From: Dipteris shenzhenensis
Lineage: Eukaryota
Length of the DNA stretch: 64,000 bases
Direction: 5' to 3' (one strand)
Assembly: GCA_047967505.1 (NCBI GenBank)
Contig: CM106538.1
The stretch's first letter is position 1; every line of letters begins with the position of its first letter. This document shows, piece by piece, positions 51,820 to 63,559 of this stretch. The notes beneath the pieces were generated by a model that did not search any database, was not told the DNA's origin, and saw only the letters and a program-made list of their open reading frames with translations. The translations under genes and the position numbers were made by a program.

Positions 51820-52049
51820 CTTTCTTTCTTTCTCTCTCCCTCCCCCCCCCCCCCCCCTTCCAAGAACCTGTGTAGACAATTATACTTGATGGGCTCCCCA
51901 TCTTTTATACCATGAGTACATGGCGTTATTGTTACTCCCCTCCCCACCACCACCACACTCAGCGCAGACCCACATGATATCAAAGCCATGTTCAAGGCTC
52001 ACTTTCCAAGCTTTTCTTCCTCCCTCTCTTGCTTGCCTTTCACTTCTGC

Positions 52050-52860
52050 ATCTTAGCCGAGAGCTTGAGATCAAGTCAAGATAAGGAATCCCATTTAGTG
52101 AGAGAAAGAGATAGAGAGCGTCGGTTCTCTATTCGTGGTCAGTGGGATACAAGGGCAGCCAGTAGTGCAGTCTTCTGAGACCTGGGAGCATTGTGACGCT
52201 GCTATTCAAAGCGAAACGACTTGGAGTCATCGGGGAAGTTATACTCTCTTTGTGATCAATACAAACTTTGTGTTGCTTTGTGGCATCTTGTCTCTCATCT
52301 ACATTCCACTTTAGCTTGAGTCTATGAGTTCTAACAATTGGTAAGAGATCAAATCGGAAGAGCACTTCGCTTTCAAATGCCGTCTATACTAGGAGATCCA
52401 TTGTCTCTTCAGGGATGGTTTCGATAGGTGAGATCATGGTCGTTACCATTGTCTCTTCAGGGATGGTTTCGATAGGTGAGATCATGGTGTACAGCCAGAC
52501 TCCACTCAGACTTAGTTTTTCCAGCCAAATAGCACGGAGCAGCGAGCCCCGAGGAGACAGCAAAGCCAAGATCCATCGCAAGAGATGTGACAGACTCACC
52601 AGCAGGTTGATGCACATATCAGGCTTGGGAACCTTCCCACCATGTTCACCAGTGGCACTTGTACGACCTAGGACCCAATTAGGAGACAACAATGGATCAT
52701 CATAGTAACGCCACACCATAGTTTCCATCCTCTCCATGGGCTATGACATCTTTTATGTATTAGTGCTTCTATGATTATGTTGTACTCATCTTGAGTGTGG
52801 ATGCCCGCTGGTATAAGGTTCTTTCAGTCATATAGACCCTTTGATCCTTCGAAGACTTTT

Positions 52861-52865
<5 letters not shown>
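52050..52865 (+). mobile_element. Degraded 3' end of a related LINE, containing a 48-bp tandem duplication (52398-52488)
   Basis: ELEIKSR*GIPFSER resembles QLRIEAGR..GIPREQR. It ends in the terminus variant ATAGACCCTTTGATCCTTCGAAGACTTTTAAAA + (CT)n. Confidence 0.45.
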
Positions 52866-52900
<35 letters not shown>

Positions 52901-52902
<2 letters not shown>

Positions 52903-53919
52903 CGTAGCAGCAAGAACCCGCAACTCCGGCAGTTCGCAGCAACAGCTTTAGTTCCTACTCCTCCATCGCAAGCCCTTCCATTGTCGACCCCTCCATATGT
53001 ATTTGCAAAAATGCCTTCCCCGTACGCAAAGACATACTTACAGCACAAGAAAATGGTGAGCATGATAGATCCACAAGAGCATATTTATTATTTACAGCAG
53101 GAAATTCGTGAGCTCAAGCTTAGAAGTGCAGCTCTAGGAAGGCAAAACACTAACATGGAAGGGAAAGGAAATCAGAAAATTATTCAGGAAGTGTGTAGTT
53201 CATCTCCACCAGCACCTAAGCTGGTATCCACAGTTACAGAAATGATCACTAGTTAAGTGAGCTCAATCGAGCAAAAGATGGCTGCAAATATTAGCCATAA
53301 GGTTAACAAAGCTGACCTTTACAAAGAAGTGAAAGAGCAGGAAAGAAGAGAAATCTACAAGCTGATCCTACACGTGGGGGGACTACAAGATGTCAGTGAC
53401 ATACACAGAAGACAAAATCGACTTCCTCAAAGAGGAGATCCCACAAGTGGAATAGAATCCGCATGCTATCTGGAATATCCAGCAAAAGGGAACATAGAAT
53501 CAATGATCAAATAGTGCAAAATGAAATCCATAAATCATTAACGACAAAGCAGCATAGATCAAGATTCTATAGAATACACATAGCTGAAGGGCACAAAGAT
53601 ATGGATATCTGAAGAACTCACTCTGACTCAGCTCAACCAACGATCCATTGAACTTACTAAAAAGAAAGAAGCCAGGAAAGCAGGAATATGGGCGGTCTCC
53701 ATGAAGGACAAGCATTGATTCAAGACTTCAAATCTAAGCCCAAAGTCTCTCAGTCTTAAACCAATGCAAGGAAGGTCACACTATGATAGTACTAGAATAT
53801 AGGTATGATCTGTTATAATTTTTGAGAGCTGCTTTATGCACTCTCTAGAAAATGCCTTGTGCACTCCCTCTCTCCTCAGAGATGTAGTAGCTTTCCGTGA
53901 GGGCTTCTGCATACGTTAA

Positions 53920-53923
<4 letters not shown>
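52901..53923 (+). mobile_element. Second ORF1-only non-autonomous LINE-like element (~1 kb)
   Basis: Bounded by (CT)n. Degraded ORF from ATG 53011 (EHIYYLQQ..LHVGGL..LKGTKIWISEELT..GIWAV). Terminus ..ACGTTAATAAA. Confidence 0.75.
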
Positions 53924-53972
<49 letters not shown>

Positions 53973-53974
<2 letters not shown>

Positions 53975-54813
53975 GTCTAGCCGACAACGCGGACGTGAGC
54001 AAGAGCCAGAGCCACAACAGCTGCGCCAGCGGACAGACTCACACATCCGGGTCCATGACATCTCGTCTCTGCTCTCTGCCCGCCCCACCGGGGTTACCGT
54101 TGCCCTCATCCACAGGGCCACCCGCCGCCCCTGACGACCGAGCTCGACTAGGCCGTGTGACGTCAGAGGCCAATCATCTATCGCAGGGTTTTTTCCGACC
54201 TCCCATTTGACGGCCCCTCTATGATTGGTCTCTGACGATCGCAGGGTTTTTTCCGACCTCCCATTTGACGGCCCCTCTATGATTGGTCTCTCTCTCTCTC
54301 TCAGTCTAGCCGACGATGCGGACGTGAGCAAGAGCCAGAGCCACGACAGCTGCGCCAGCGGACAGACTCACACATCCGGGTCCATGACATCTCGGCTCTG
54401 CTCTCTGCCCGCCCCACCGGGGTTACCGTTGCCCTCATCCACAGGGCCACCCGCCGCCCCTGACAACCGAGCTCGACTAGGCCGTGTGACGTCAGAGGCC
54501 AATCATCTATCGCAGGGTTTTTTCCGACCTCCCATTTGACGGCCCCTCTATGATTGGTCTCTGCCGATCACCACCTGCACATATATACTGTATCTCCCCC
54601 CTCTGCCCCATTTTTGGTGCCCCCCTCTTCTTTTTTGTATCATCTGGAGGTAGACACATATTTTTTGTATCAGGACTAGACACACCGTCCTTCATAACCT
54701 CTTTTTTGTAGAAACGGTTGGCTGGCCCGTTTTGAGACCGCCACCGTTATGCTCATTGTATCAGTTATCTTCAGTCTCATAGACCTTCACGGTCTCCCGA
54801 AGACTTTAATAAA
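53973..54813 (+). mobile_element. SINE-like GC-rich unit, tandemly duplicated (period ~329 bp), ending in the shared terminus
   Basis: Near-identical units start at 53973 and 54302, each preceded by CT repeats. It ends ATAGACCTTCACGGTCTCCCGAAGACTTTAATAAA. Confidence 0.7.
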
Positions 54814-55103
54814 CTTTCTTTTTTTTCTTTCTTTCTCACACACACACACAAAACCCTATTACACAAAGCAAGAATTGTTAGTTGTGACAGATATAGAACT
54901 TTTACCATTCCATACACCCTCTGTAACTCACACAGCATGTGTGCCTCTTAGGGCTCTGTGTGGTATATATGCATGCATAGAAGTGTGGTCACATAAAAAT
55001 CCAACAAACACATTTAAAACAAGTAGAAAATCGATAAAAAGATAAGAATAATACTGCATAAGCAAAGCATGTACCTTTAGCCAAAGAAGAAAATGAGTCA
55101 AAA

Positions 55104-55223
55104 TCAATCAGATTTTTCATTTGTATTGGCAGAAGACGGTGTCGACTTTTCCTCCCCTTCCCTTGAAGCTTCATCTGTTTTTGTACTTTCTAAAGCAGAA
55201 GCTGACTCGTCGAACTCCAAAAG
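55104..55223 (-). CDS. SPP: Signal peptide peptidase, last coding exon (LLEFDES...NEKSD*)
   Basis: AG acceptor, 40 codons to TGA, in frame with the upstream exons. Confidence 0.9.
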   Translation of the reverse strand, partial: LLEFDESASALESTKTDEASREGEEKSTPSSANTNEKSD

Positions 55224-55340
55224 CTGAGCAACATAAGCACTGTGATCAGACTATTGATCATGACAGCCGGGAAAAAAAAGGACTATTGCATAGATGATCA
55301 TCACATTCAAATTCTTTCTGTCGTATGAAGTTAAACTTAC

Positions 55341-55418
55341 TTGCTTGATTTCCCCTTTCAATGCACAATGTCCACCTAAAAATCCAATAACCCCAGGGAC
55401 AATATAGAGTAGTGCAGG
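55341..55418 (-). CDS. SPP: Signal peptide peptidase exon (PALLYIVPGVIGFLGGHCALKGEIKQ)
   Basis: PAL motif; GT-AG boundaries. Confidence 0.95.
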
Positions 55419-55543
55419 CTGCATATCAACAGGTTGATGCTTTTATTCCTTTTTTTGAACGGAGACAAAATTCATCAATCAAAGCACAGCAAAGAATTCA
55501 AATATTCATCCTAGCCTCAGCGGATGTGATACTACTGTAAGAC

Positions 55544-55680
55544 CTGAGCTGCTTGGAACCAGTTCATAACAACAATGGTCACCACTAAACCAGCAGTATA
55601 ACCAGCAAAAGCACTCTTGAAGTAGCGCAGGCCTTTCCCTTGAGAAACATCAAAGCGAAGAGCCAAAGCCACAAAAATTC
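55544..55680 (-). CDS. SPP: Signal peptide peptidase exon (IFVALALRFDVS...VMNWFQAAQ)
   Basis: Closely matches plant SPP. Phase-1 junction agrees with the preceding exon; GT-AG boundaries. Confidence 0.95.
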
Positions 55681-57899
55681 CTGCACATTAGGCCTCGATT
55701 TATCAAAATATATGCCTTCATAGACTAGAATATATCCAATCTTACAAATTAAAATTTTTATAAAACAAATGAAAAACAAAGAAAAGAAGGGAGTTTTTAA
55801 GCGACTTTAAACAAAATTATGAGTAAACGAGGAAAATAAAAAATAAAAATAACTTGGTAAGCAAAGCTACACTTGTGTTCTCATAAGCACCCAAGAATAA
55901 GCTACCATCTGAGCTTCAGAAAATTCCAAAATCTCTTAGAAAAAGGAAGAAACAAAGCAGAAAATAATGTGTGAGAGAGAGTGAGAGAGAGAGAGAGTGT
56001 GTTTGAGTCAGTGTGAGGCACTTTGTATGATATACATAGTAAATTCATGTTGCTGTCATCTATCATAGGTATCAACTTTTTGTAAACCTAAAGAAGATCA
56101 GTAATGCTAAAATCCAAAAAATTATAATAGCTTCCACTAGCTGTACAATTAAGTTCACAAAACTCTCTAGGATAAATTCCTCCACCAAAAGAATTTGGAT
56201 CTTTGTGCCTAAGATCTTTAAAGTTTGGAAAATCTAGGATAAATAAGTCATGCACAAATCTCCTAACCTGACTAAGTTTATGAAGAACGATTGGAATTTG
56301 GAGAAATCTCTGAAGAAATCAATCATTGCATAAACTCTAATTCATAAGTAAAAATTATGCTAAGAAAACAGGACAATTAATGCCCATCAGAATACCATAT
56401 GCCCCATAAGCCTACTCTCATAAAATAGAAGTCTACGTTCATTAGTATTCTAACTAGCTAGCAGAGATCAGCATACACCCTTTCCATATCCTTTACGACC
56501 AGCCAGACTGGCTAAGTGGGTGAACAGAAGGCATCCTACAAAAGCAAAACAGAATACAAAGAATCTTGGACTTGAGGACAGAATTCAAGCTTGCAACAGT
56601 TGAAAGTTTGATAAATATTGTCTTTCTCCAAAATACATGACTCGGTGTTCAAAGTTTAGGTGGTAAGTAACAAGCCAACCAACCATGATCAGGTCCTGGC
56701 TGACGACTGCAGTGCTTGTTTCTATAGTCAGTGACAATGGACAGTGCTATATGTAAGAAGTAATAGATATAGTTTAGAGTGATGCAAGACGTTGTGTCAC
56801 ATGGACTCATTGCTCATAGTAATACTGGTCAGTTCTATTATGCAAAACAGTATAGAATAATGTCATGTCCTTTATAATGAATATCGATACTTTTTGCAGC
56901 ACAAAACATGGAAAGTGTTCACTTGAATGTGCATGAGTCCGATGAGATTTTAAGGACTGGTCGATGTGCTAAGGACCCATTCATAATATGGAAGATGGAT
57001 CATGAGGTTGCATTCAACATCTCTGGATGTGGGCATAAACCTCAGAGATTTAAGGATACAAACTGTTGACGTATAGGGAGGTGAGATCGTTTCTTATTGA
57101 CTATAGCCAAGTACTTTTCTGCATGAATCAGAAGAAATTATGTACTTATTTTACAGTAAAATATGAGTGCTGGGTTAAATGGAAGAGGGGTGTGATGGAA
57201 CTTTTAAGACAATATCATTTTTTGCAGCTTTATAAAGGGATCACCTTGCATGGTCTTCTTTATTAAGTCCCACTGCTACAGGCATGTGAGTTTTGAACCT
57301 GATTGTAAATGATATTGAGATTAAATAGATGGTTGAAAGAGGTAAAATAATTTCTTTATTGAACATATCTGTGGATTTCTGGCTCTGTTGAGAGCTTTGA
57401 ACAATAAGTTCAGGCAATCTCTACGAGTTGATTCAAGCTCAAGAATTATTTTAGTATCAATATGTTTTCCAAATCCCACTGCTATTTCTGCATGCTTAGA
57501 TCCACATGAATGGAGAACTGGTTATCAATGATATCTGTTGACGTTACAGTCACATGCTCTGTACACATGTTCCATAATTTTACAGTGTCCATCGTTCTGT
57601 TCATCAAATTGAAATGCTCATGCAAAACTCCTCCCTCAGTCTGGTTGATACATGATGCTCATGCATGACTTGAATTTATCCATTAATGTATGAGTCCTAT
57701 AGAGGGGTCACAAATAGGCATAATGGGAGCATGCATAGATATAGGATGGCAGATGCTAAGTGAGGAACTTTTTAGGGTATAGGGGACAAGACACGGGTAC
57801 TAAAACATGTACAAGCCAGTGTGAGACAGGGATCTGCTCCTGTGGTGTATACAAAAGGGTGGAAATATTCCCTTGCACACTCGTAGTGTCTTTTATATG

Positions 57900-60350
57900 C
57901 ATGCAAGGTCTGCAAGTCAGACTGAGGTGAGTGGCTTGTGTTCTTTACATTTAGTATCAGAGCCATGTGATGGTTTGAGAAATCCTTTGAAAAGGACTCT
58001 GGTGATGCATTCTGTGAGATGCTAATAGACCAATGATACTGCTTTGAAAGTAATTCAAGCCAATTGGGTGGTGCGACTTGCATGCACAGCATTCTGAATG
58101 CTTGACAGATCAACGCATTCCAAGTCTGGGTGCTTGTGGGTTTGTACAATTGGTGTTGTATTGCGTTGGAGCATCCAAATTATTGTGGATTGAGCAGAAC
58201 GTTATATCACAGGTCTAGCAATTCAGGGAAGTTGCATGTTGGAATCTGGTTCATTGGAAAGTATGTTGATGCTGAGTGTCAACTGCATGATAGATGAGGA
58301 ATTGGTAAACATGATCAACGAGGAGTTAGATCAACAAAGGGTGTTTATGTAAGAGACAGCTAACAGCAAGTCGTGGTCAGTGATTTATAATTCTCTCCTT
58401 GGCAACTAAGGGGCTAGGTTTATAACCTAGGCATTTGCATGATGTAGCAGGGCATCGCAGTTTTGTTGTGTGCTATTACTTTGCCATCCGCAGCTTCCTT
58501 CCAACACAGGCAATGATGACATAGATAGCCACCAGGAGATTTGGTAATTAGTATGGCTTCAATGACAGCTAGTCGTGGGGGATAACCATGTGGGATGAAG
58601 GTGTTCCCTCAAGCAGAAAGATGCTAGGAAGATGTAGTAGTGAAATTGATTTGCCCAACTCTAGGAGCACTGCATGATAACTAAATTGATACAAGTTAAT
58701 CTTGATGACAGTAATACAAAGCATGCTGTGGCTGTTGATGGGTGTGGGTTGCTCTCAAGATCATCAATTGAAAACACAAGGTCATACGATGGCCTGAAAG
58801 CTGAAAAGGACAGCAAGATCATGAACACAAGTTGGACATGAATTTTCCGAGACACCCCCTTGTGGGAGAGCAGATGGAGATGACAACTCTGGATGCAACA
58901 TGACAACCTGCAGAACCTTCTTGGGAGGCTTTGTGGTCAAACAAGGCTAGTTAAAACACCAAAAGCCATTGCATCGGTGTGAAAATCTTCATTGAATTGG
59001 ACACAAATTTGAACCAAGGAGCTTCCTCTCCTTTCCTTTGCAGCTAGTTTTGGAGTGGCTAGTGTTTACTTTGTAGTTTGGTTTATATGCGGTGATTTTC
59101 CAAGCATTGAAAAGGTGCTTGAATTCATCTACATGTTTTAGTTTTTGGGGGAAAAATAACTTTGAAACATGGAGAGCCACAATGATCATGTTAATGAATC
59201 GACATCAGCATCTGCTCTCTGATGGCACGGTCCATGTTATCTGGAACAGCCCCGCATCATCCACACTCCACATGAGTCGTACTTGGTTACTCGTCCATGA
59301 TGTCACCCTCCAAGTGGTATAAACCATCTGACAAATCTCTTCATGGAAATCTGTCCAAAAACTTTTACTGTCCCTAGATCAATCTTCCCTATGAGCAATA
59401 CTTAGGTTCAGATCATAAGTCTTCCAATGTCACACCCATACTCTCCTTGTGCTCTCCTGTCTCCAACAAGAAGTCTTTGACAGAGTCTACTCTATAAATC
59501 TCCAGCATTGTGCAACTGAAACTCTTTGGGAAGACCTATGTGACAACTGTCCTTGTCAGCTCCGTGTCCTCCAAGAAGTCCATGTCACCAACCCTCTCAG
59601 CCATTATGCCGAAGATGTCATATGCCTCTGCTCTAAAGCTATCCCCTCTGGTTGTCCGGTGGATCTTTTCCTTTTGAGAACTCCAGGACGACCAAACATT
59701 CCACAAATCTTACTGAACTCATAAAAGAATCATGATGGATGGATATCATCAAGTTGTTGTCTGACATTGCAGCAAGCAGGGCACCCCCTGAGTGCCATCC
59801 TCTTGTGATTCTGGAGCCATGCAACAGTTACTCAATGTGTACCCCTGCATCTTCCCCCTCAGTGTCGATGGCCTCATCCTCATTCTCTATCCTTTTCTCT
59901 GCCCAACTTTTGTTACTTATCCTATGACGAGGGTCACACAAAGGGTAAGGGATTGTGGCCTAAGGCATGCGACCGCTTGTTAGGAATGGCCTAAGCATGT
60001 ACGCCCCAAGACCAGATCAAAATAAGACCAGAAACTCAAAGCACAGATGAGAGGACAATATGTTCAAACTGGTCTTCTTGTTGCCCAATGCTAGGAAAGA
60101 TGGTGTCAGTACAAGAAGGTTGGGTTTGCTCCACATTGCGCTCTTTTCAGAAGCTTCAATGTGATGAAGAATCTGAAGGATAAACGCAGACATAAGTCAA
60201 GATATAAACCATATCCACTAGTACACCCCCTTCTCTTTGAATTAGGTTCAGTGGATTGGTCAAAGAGCCGAACCCAAGCCGAGTATATAGCGTGCAAACA
60301 AGCAATCAAGCATCTTTTGAGGTTCTTCGAAAAGTCAACAAGCACCACAC
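57900..60350 (-). mobile_element. Degraded LINE-like remnant inside the 5.15-kb SPP intron
   Basis: WLRGLVTWTSWRTR resembles the L1 ORF2 C-terminal W..RG..W..W..RN motif. Heavily decayed. Confidence 0.35.
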
Positions 60351-60833
60351 ACAAAAGAGGTTGAAAACTGCAGCATTGACACGTACAATTCTACAGCCTT
60401 TAAAAATACAAACTAAAACTGCAACTCCAACATTGTAACCCTCACTCAATGTTGAACTCCATAGCAGCATGGACAAGCTACTAGGACATCCTCACCGACA
60501 TCAGTAAGCACCCCAATTGTCAGTGTAGACCATTCATTGTATAAACATAAGCTTTCACACATCTTGAAACATTTGGCATCCATTTTATGCAAATAAAATA
60601 CACTCCAAAACCCCGATTGTAGAAAGACAACAGAGTGGTAAAAGATCAACAGCTTTGTTGAAAAGAAAGAATAAAGAGGCCTTGACCTTCCATTTTGACT
60701 AATTTCTCCACACATCTTGGTATACGCTCCAAAGCCCACGCATTCAAACAAAAAAAGAGTCAAAAGAACAAAATTCATTGAACTTCATTCTAGATGTCTG
60801 AAGTTAAAATATCGGTGATGATAGAATGGAGAC

Positions 60834-60903
60834 CTGGTATAACAATATCACCAAGTCCTAACATAGAAAATGGCTTAGAAGCATCCCCAGTAGGAAAAAT
60901 AAG
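60834..60903 (-). CDS. SPP: Signal peptide peptidase exon (LIFPTGDASKPFSMLGLGDIVIPG)
   Basis: Catalytic GxGD motif; GT-AG boundaries. Confidence 0.95.
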
Positions 60904-61132
60904 CTGCAAACAATAGACCACAGCCCAATAAGTAAATATAGTGAATTTTTATTTGATCTAATTTTCCAGAAAAACGCATTTTGTTGTCTCTTCTAGAAGG
61001 CTAACTTGTAATAAGAAATAAAACATGTTTCAAGACCTAGCTTCAATTACTACATGTTTCTCACCTCTCCATACACATTTTATATAACCAAGGTGAGCAT
61101 GTAAAATTCACCAAATGCTGATGAGAAAATAC

Positions 61133-61219
61133 CTTGATAGGTGCATCAAAAGACTTGGCAACACTGACCATAACGGGTGTGAAAAACACCCAAAATATGT
61201 CGTAGATAAATAAACCAGC
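61133..61219 (-). CDS. SPP: Signal peptide peptidase exon (AGLFIYDIFWVFFTPVMVSVAKSFDAPIK)
   Basis: Catalytic YD motif; GT-AG boundaries. Upstream exons were not seen in the window. Confidence 0.95.
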
Positions 61220-61649
61220 CTGGACAAATCAAAAGACTTGAATCAAAAAACTGTTGCCACTGCCATACAAAACACCAAATATACATCTTCTAGTTCACAC
61301 ACACTTACAAACTGGTAGAAGGCAAGCTTTGCAGAGGACTATAAGCACATTTCCAATTCTTAATTGCAGTCTTGTGGGGTTGTGAGACTCAATCACACAG
61401 GAATGAGATTGTAAGTAAACAAAAAGCTTATTTCCCAAAAAGAACAAATGATATTATGAGCCAAACCCAAGGCGTTCAGCTCTTTTTGAGGCTCTGAATT
61501 GAAAAGCTAATCTAAAAATGCATCAATGTTAACATGTAAAATAAGTGTGATGTCAACCTCATATGTGAAATGTCACTCAGCTATCAATACAAAACTAAAC
61601 ATTCTGTTTAACAATCATGAGATCAATGCATATGCATGTATCTAGTCTA

Positions 61650-63100
61650 AATGCTGGTCATCAACATTCTTCGACTCCCCTCTTGAATGACCAAGTTGTC
61701 GTGAGGCCATACAAGCTTTCTAAGCTTGGAAAACTGCTCCAATGGTGATATCTTTTTGTGAGAGTATTTCCATGGTTCTCTTGTCCATCTGCCGTCTTGT
61801 ACTCTCCCAGCCATGATGAATGTTATTGTGCTTCCTACCTGCATTATCTATGGCATTCTCAGCTAAAGCTATGCAAGTTTGCTTATGACTTGACCCAATT
61901 CATCTATACCTAGCACCACTACAAAAAAATATATCTTCCCCATAGACATATAGATTGGACCTTTCCTTGATCATCCACAATTGCTTATCATAATCCCCCT
62001 TTTGGTGGAACGAATAGATACTAGCTCCGTCAATAACTCCTTTTGGGGTTGATTGATGATCCAAGTTGTTCCTTTGAAAAGCCACTTGCATACAACTCCA
62101 CTCCTCCCATGAAGCAAGCCAACCAACTCCGATGTTGTCATTCTTTTTTATTGCATTACACTCTTATTGCATTGCTAACGCCATTTGTCGATTCAACATG
62201 CCATCATAGGTCTTGGCCTCCACTTCAGCCAACAAAGTACATATCAAGGCACCATTAGCCCAGAGCTAGCTTGCTATGTTGACCTTGAAGACCTCTTAAC
62301 ACGGCCAATACGTGACAATTCCTGCAATTTAGACTCTTCAAAAATCTCCAAACACCATATTAAAATCTAAGTCTTCCAGGAGCTGTGTATTTATTTGGTT
62401 AGCTGACACATCCTCTCGAAGCTCATTTTCTCTTGACATGCGTCTTCTTGATCATCTTCCTTGCCCCTGCTTTGGCAAACCATTGCTCATCAAGCATCCT
62501 AAGATTCTCAAGCAGAATGGCATCCCGATTCCCCGTCCTCATAAAATGGGCTGTCATGACAATAGTCTTTTCATTTTAAAACAATACATCCTGTGGGCTT
62601 TTTGATTAATCACTGCACCCAATAACCTGGCCTTTTTTTCTTGTTAGTTAACTTCCTTCTTCACTGCTCTCCAGCCCACCTATGCATCCTTCACTGCTAT
62701 TCTGCCCTCGGGCACATGTGCATCTTTCTTTCCCCTACTTCCAATTTGGCATGGCAAAACATTGCCCATCAAACATCCTAGGATTCTTAAGCGGAATGGC
62801 ATCCTGATCCCCGTCCTCATAAAATGGGCTGTCATCACAATAGTCTCTTCATTGTGAAAAGTATACAACCTGGGTCACTGCACCCCATAACCTGCCCTTT
62901 TTTTGCTTTTATTTAACTTCCTTCTTCACTACTCTGCTGCCCATAACCATCTCACTGATGGATGAAAGCATCCTCCATCCTTTCTTTCAATTGTGGAGTA
63001 TATGGAATCGTACTCACATTTCCTTAATTGATTGAAGATTCTCCACCATGCCCTCAAAGTCTTTTAAACTTTTGAGACGTTTTAGCTTCTCACGTCCTGA
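61650..63100 (-). mobile_element. Degraded copia-like remnant with a ~279-bp duplication (62473/62751)
   Basis: PLEQFSKLRKL followed by a PPT-like CAAGAGGGGAG; residual gag/protease-like fragments. Confidence 0.4.
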
Positions 63101-63559
63101 AAAACACTTGCTCTGAAACCGGCCTCTATGCACTCAGAGGGCAGTGGAACTAAACCTTTAATCACTTCAGCACTTATTTACAGCTCACAAAGCATATATC
63201 ACGACCATTAACCATTGCATGATCACCATTTGGCATTTACCCATTTGTTCACAAACAAAACCACTGAAAAAAGGATGGAGGCTAGAATGCCCCTGCTCAA
63301 CAAACATAGACAAGTGCACCCGATTGGCCCCAAACACCGTGGCGCAAGAATTCCAAGAGCATTTACAAGAGCCGACCAGCAAGAATTCCACTGAATACAC
63401 TGCTCAAAATCTATGTGATCCCCAGCAATCAATAGTCAAGATGCATCAATATCATGAAGTCTCACAGCAGAAATATTGTCAGCTCAGTATCTCGGATAAA
63501 ACGTACAGTGTCATCAAGCGACCTCATGAAATCACAGTGAGACCGTCTGTACTGAGGGA

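Noticed and set aside
51869-51990. TRIM or solo-LTR with degenerate PBS TGATATCAAAGCC
   Set aside because: No second LTR or TSD was found, and it is too short to support a call.
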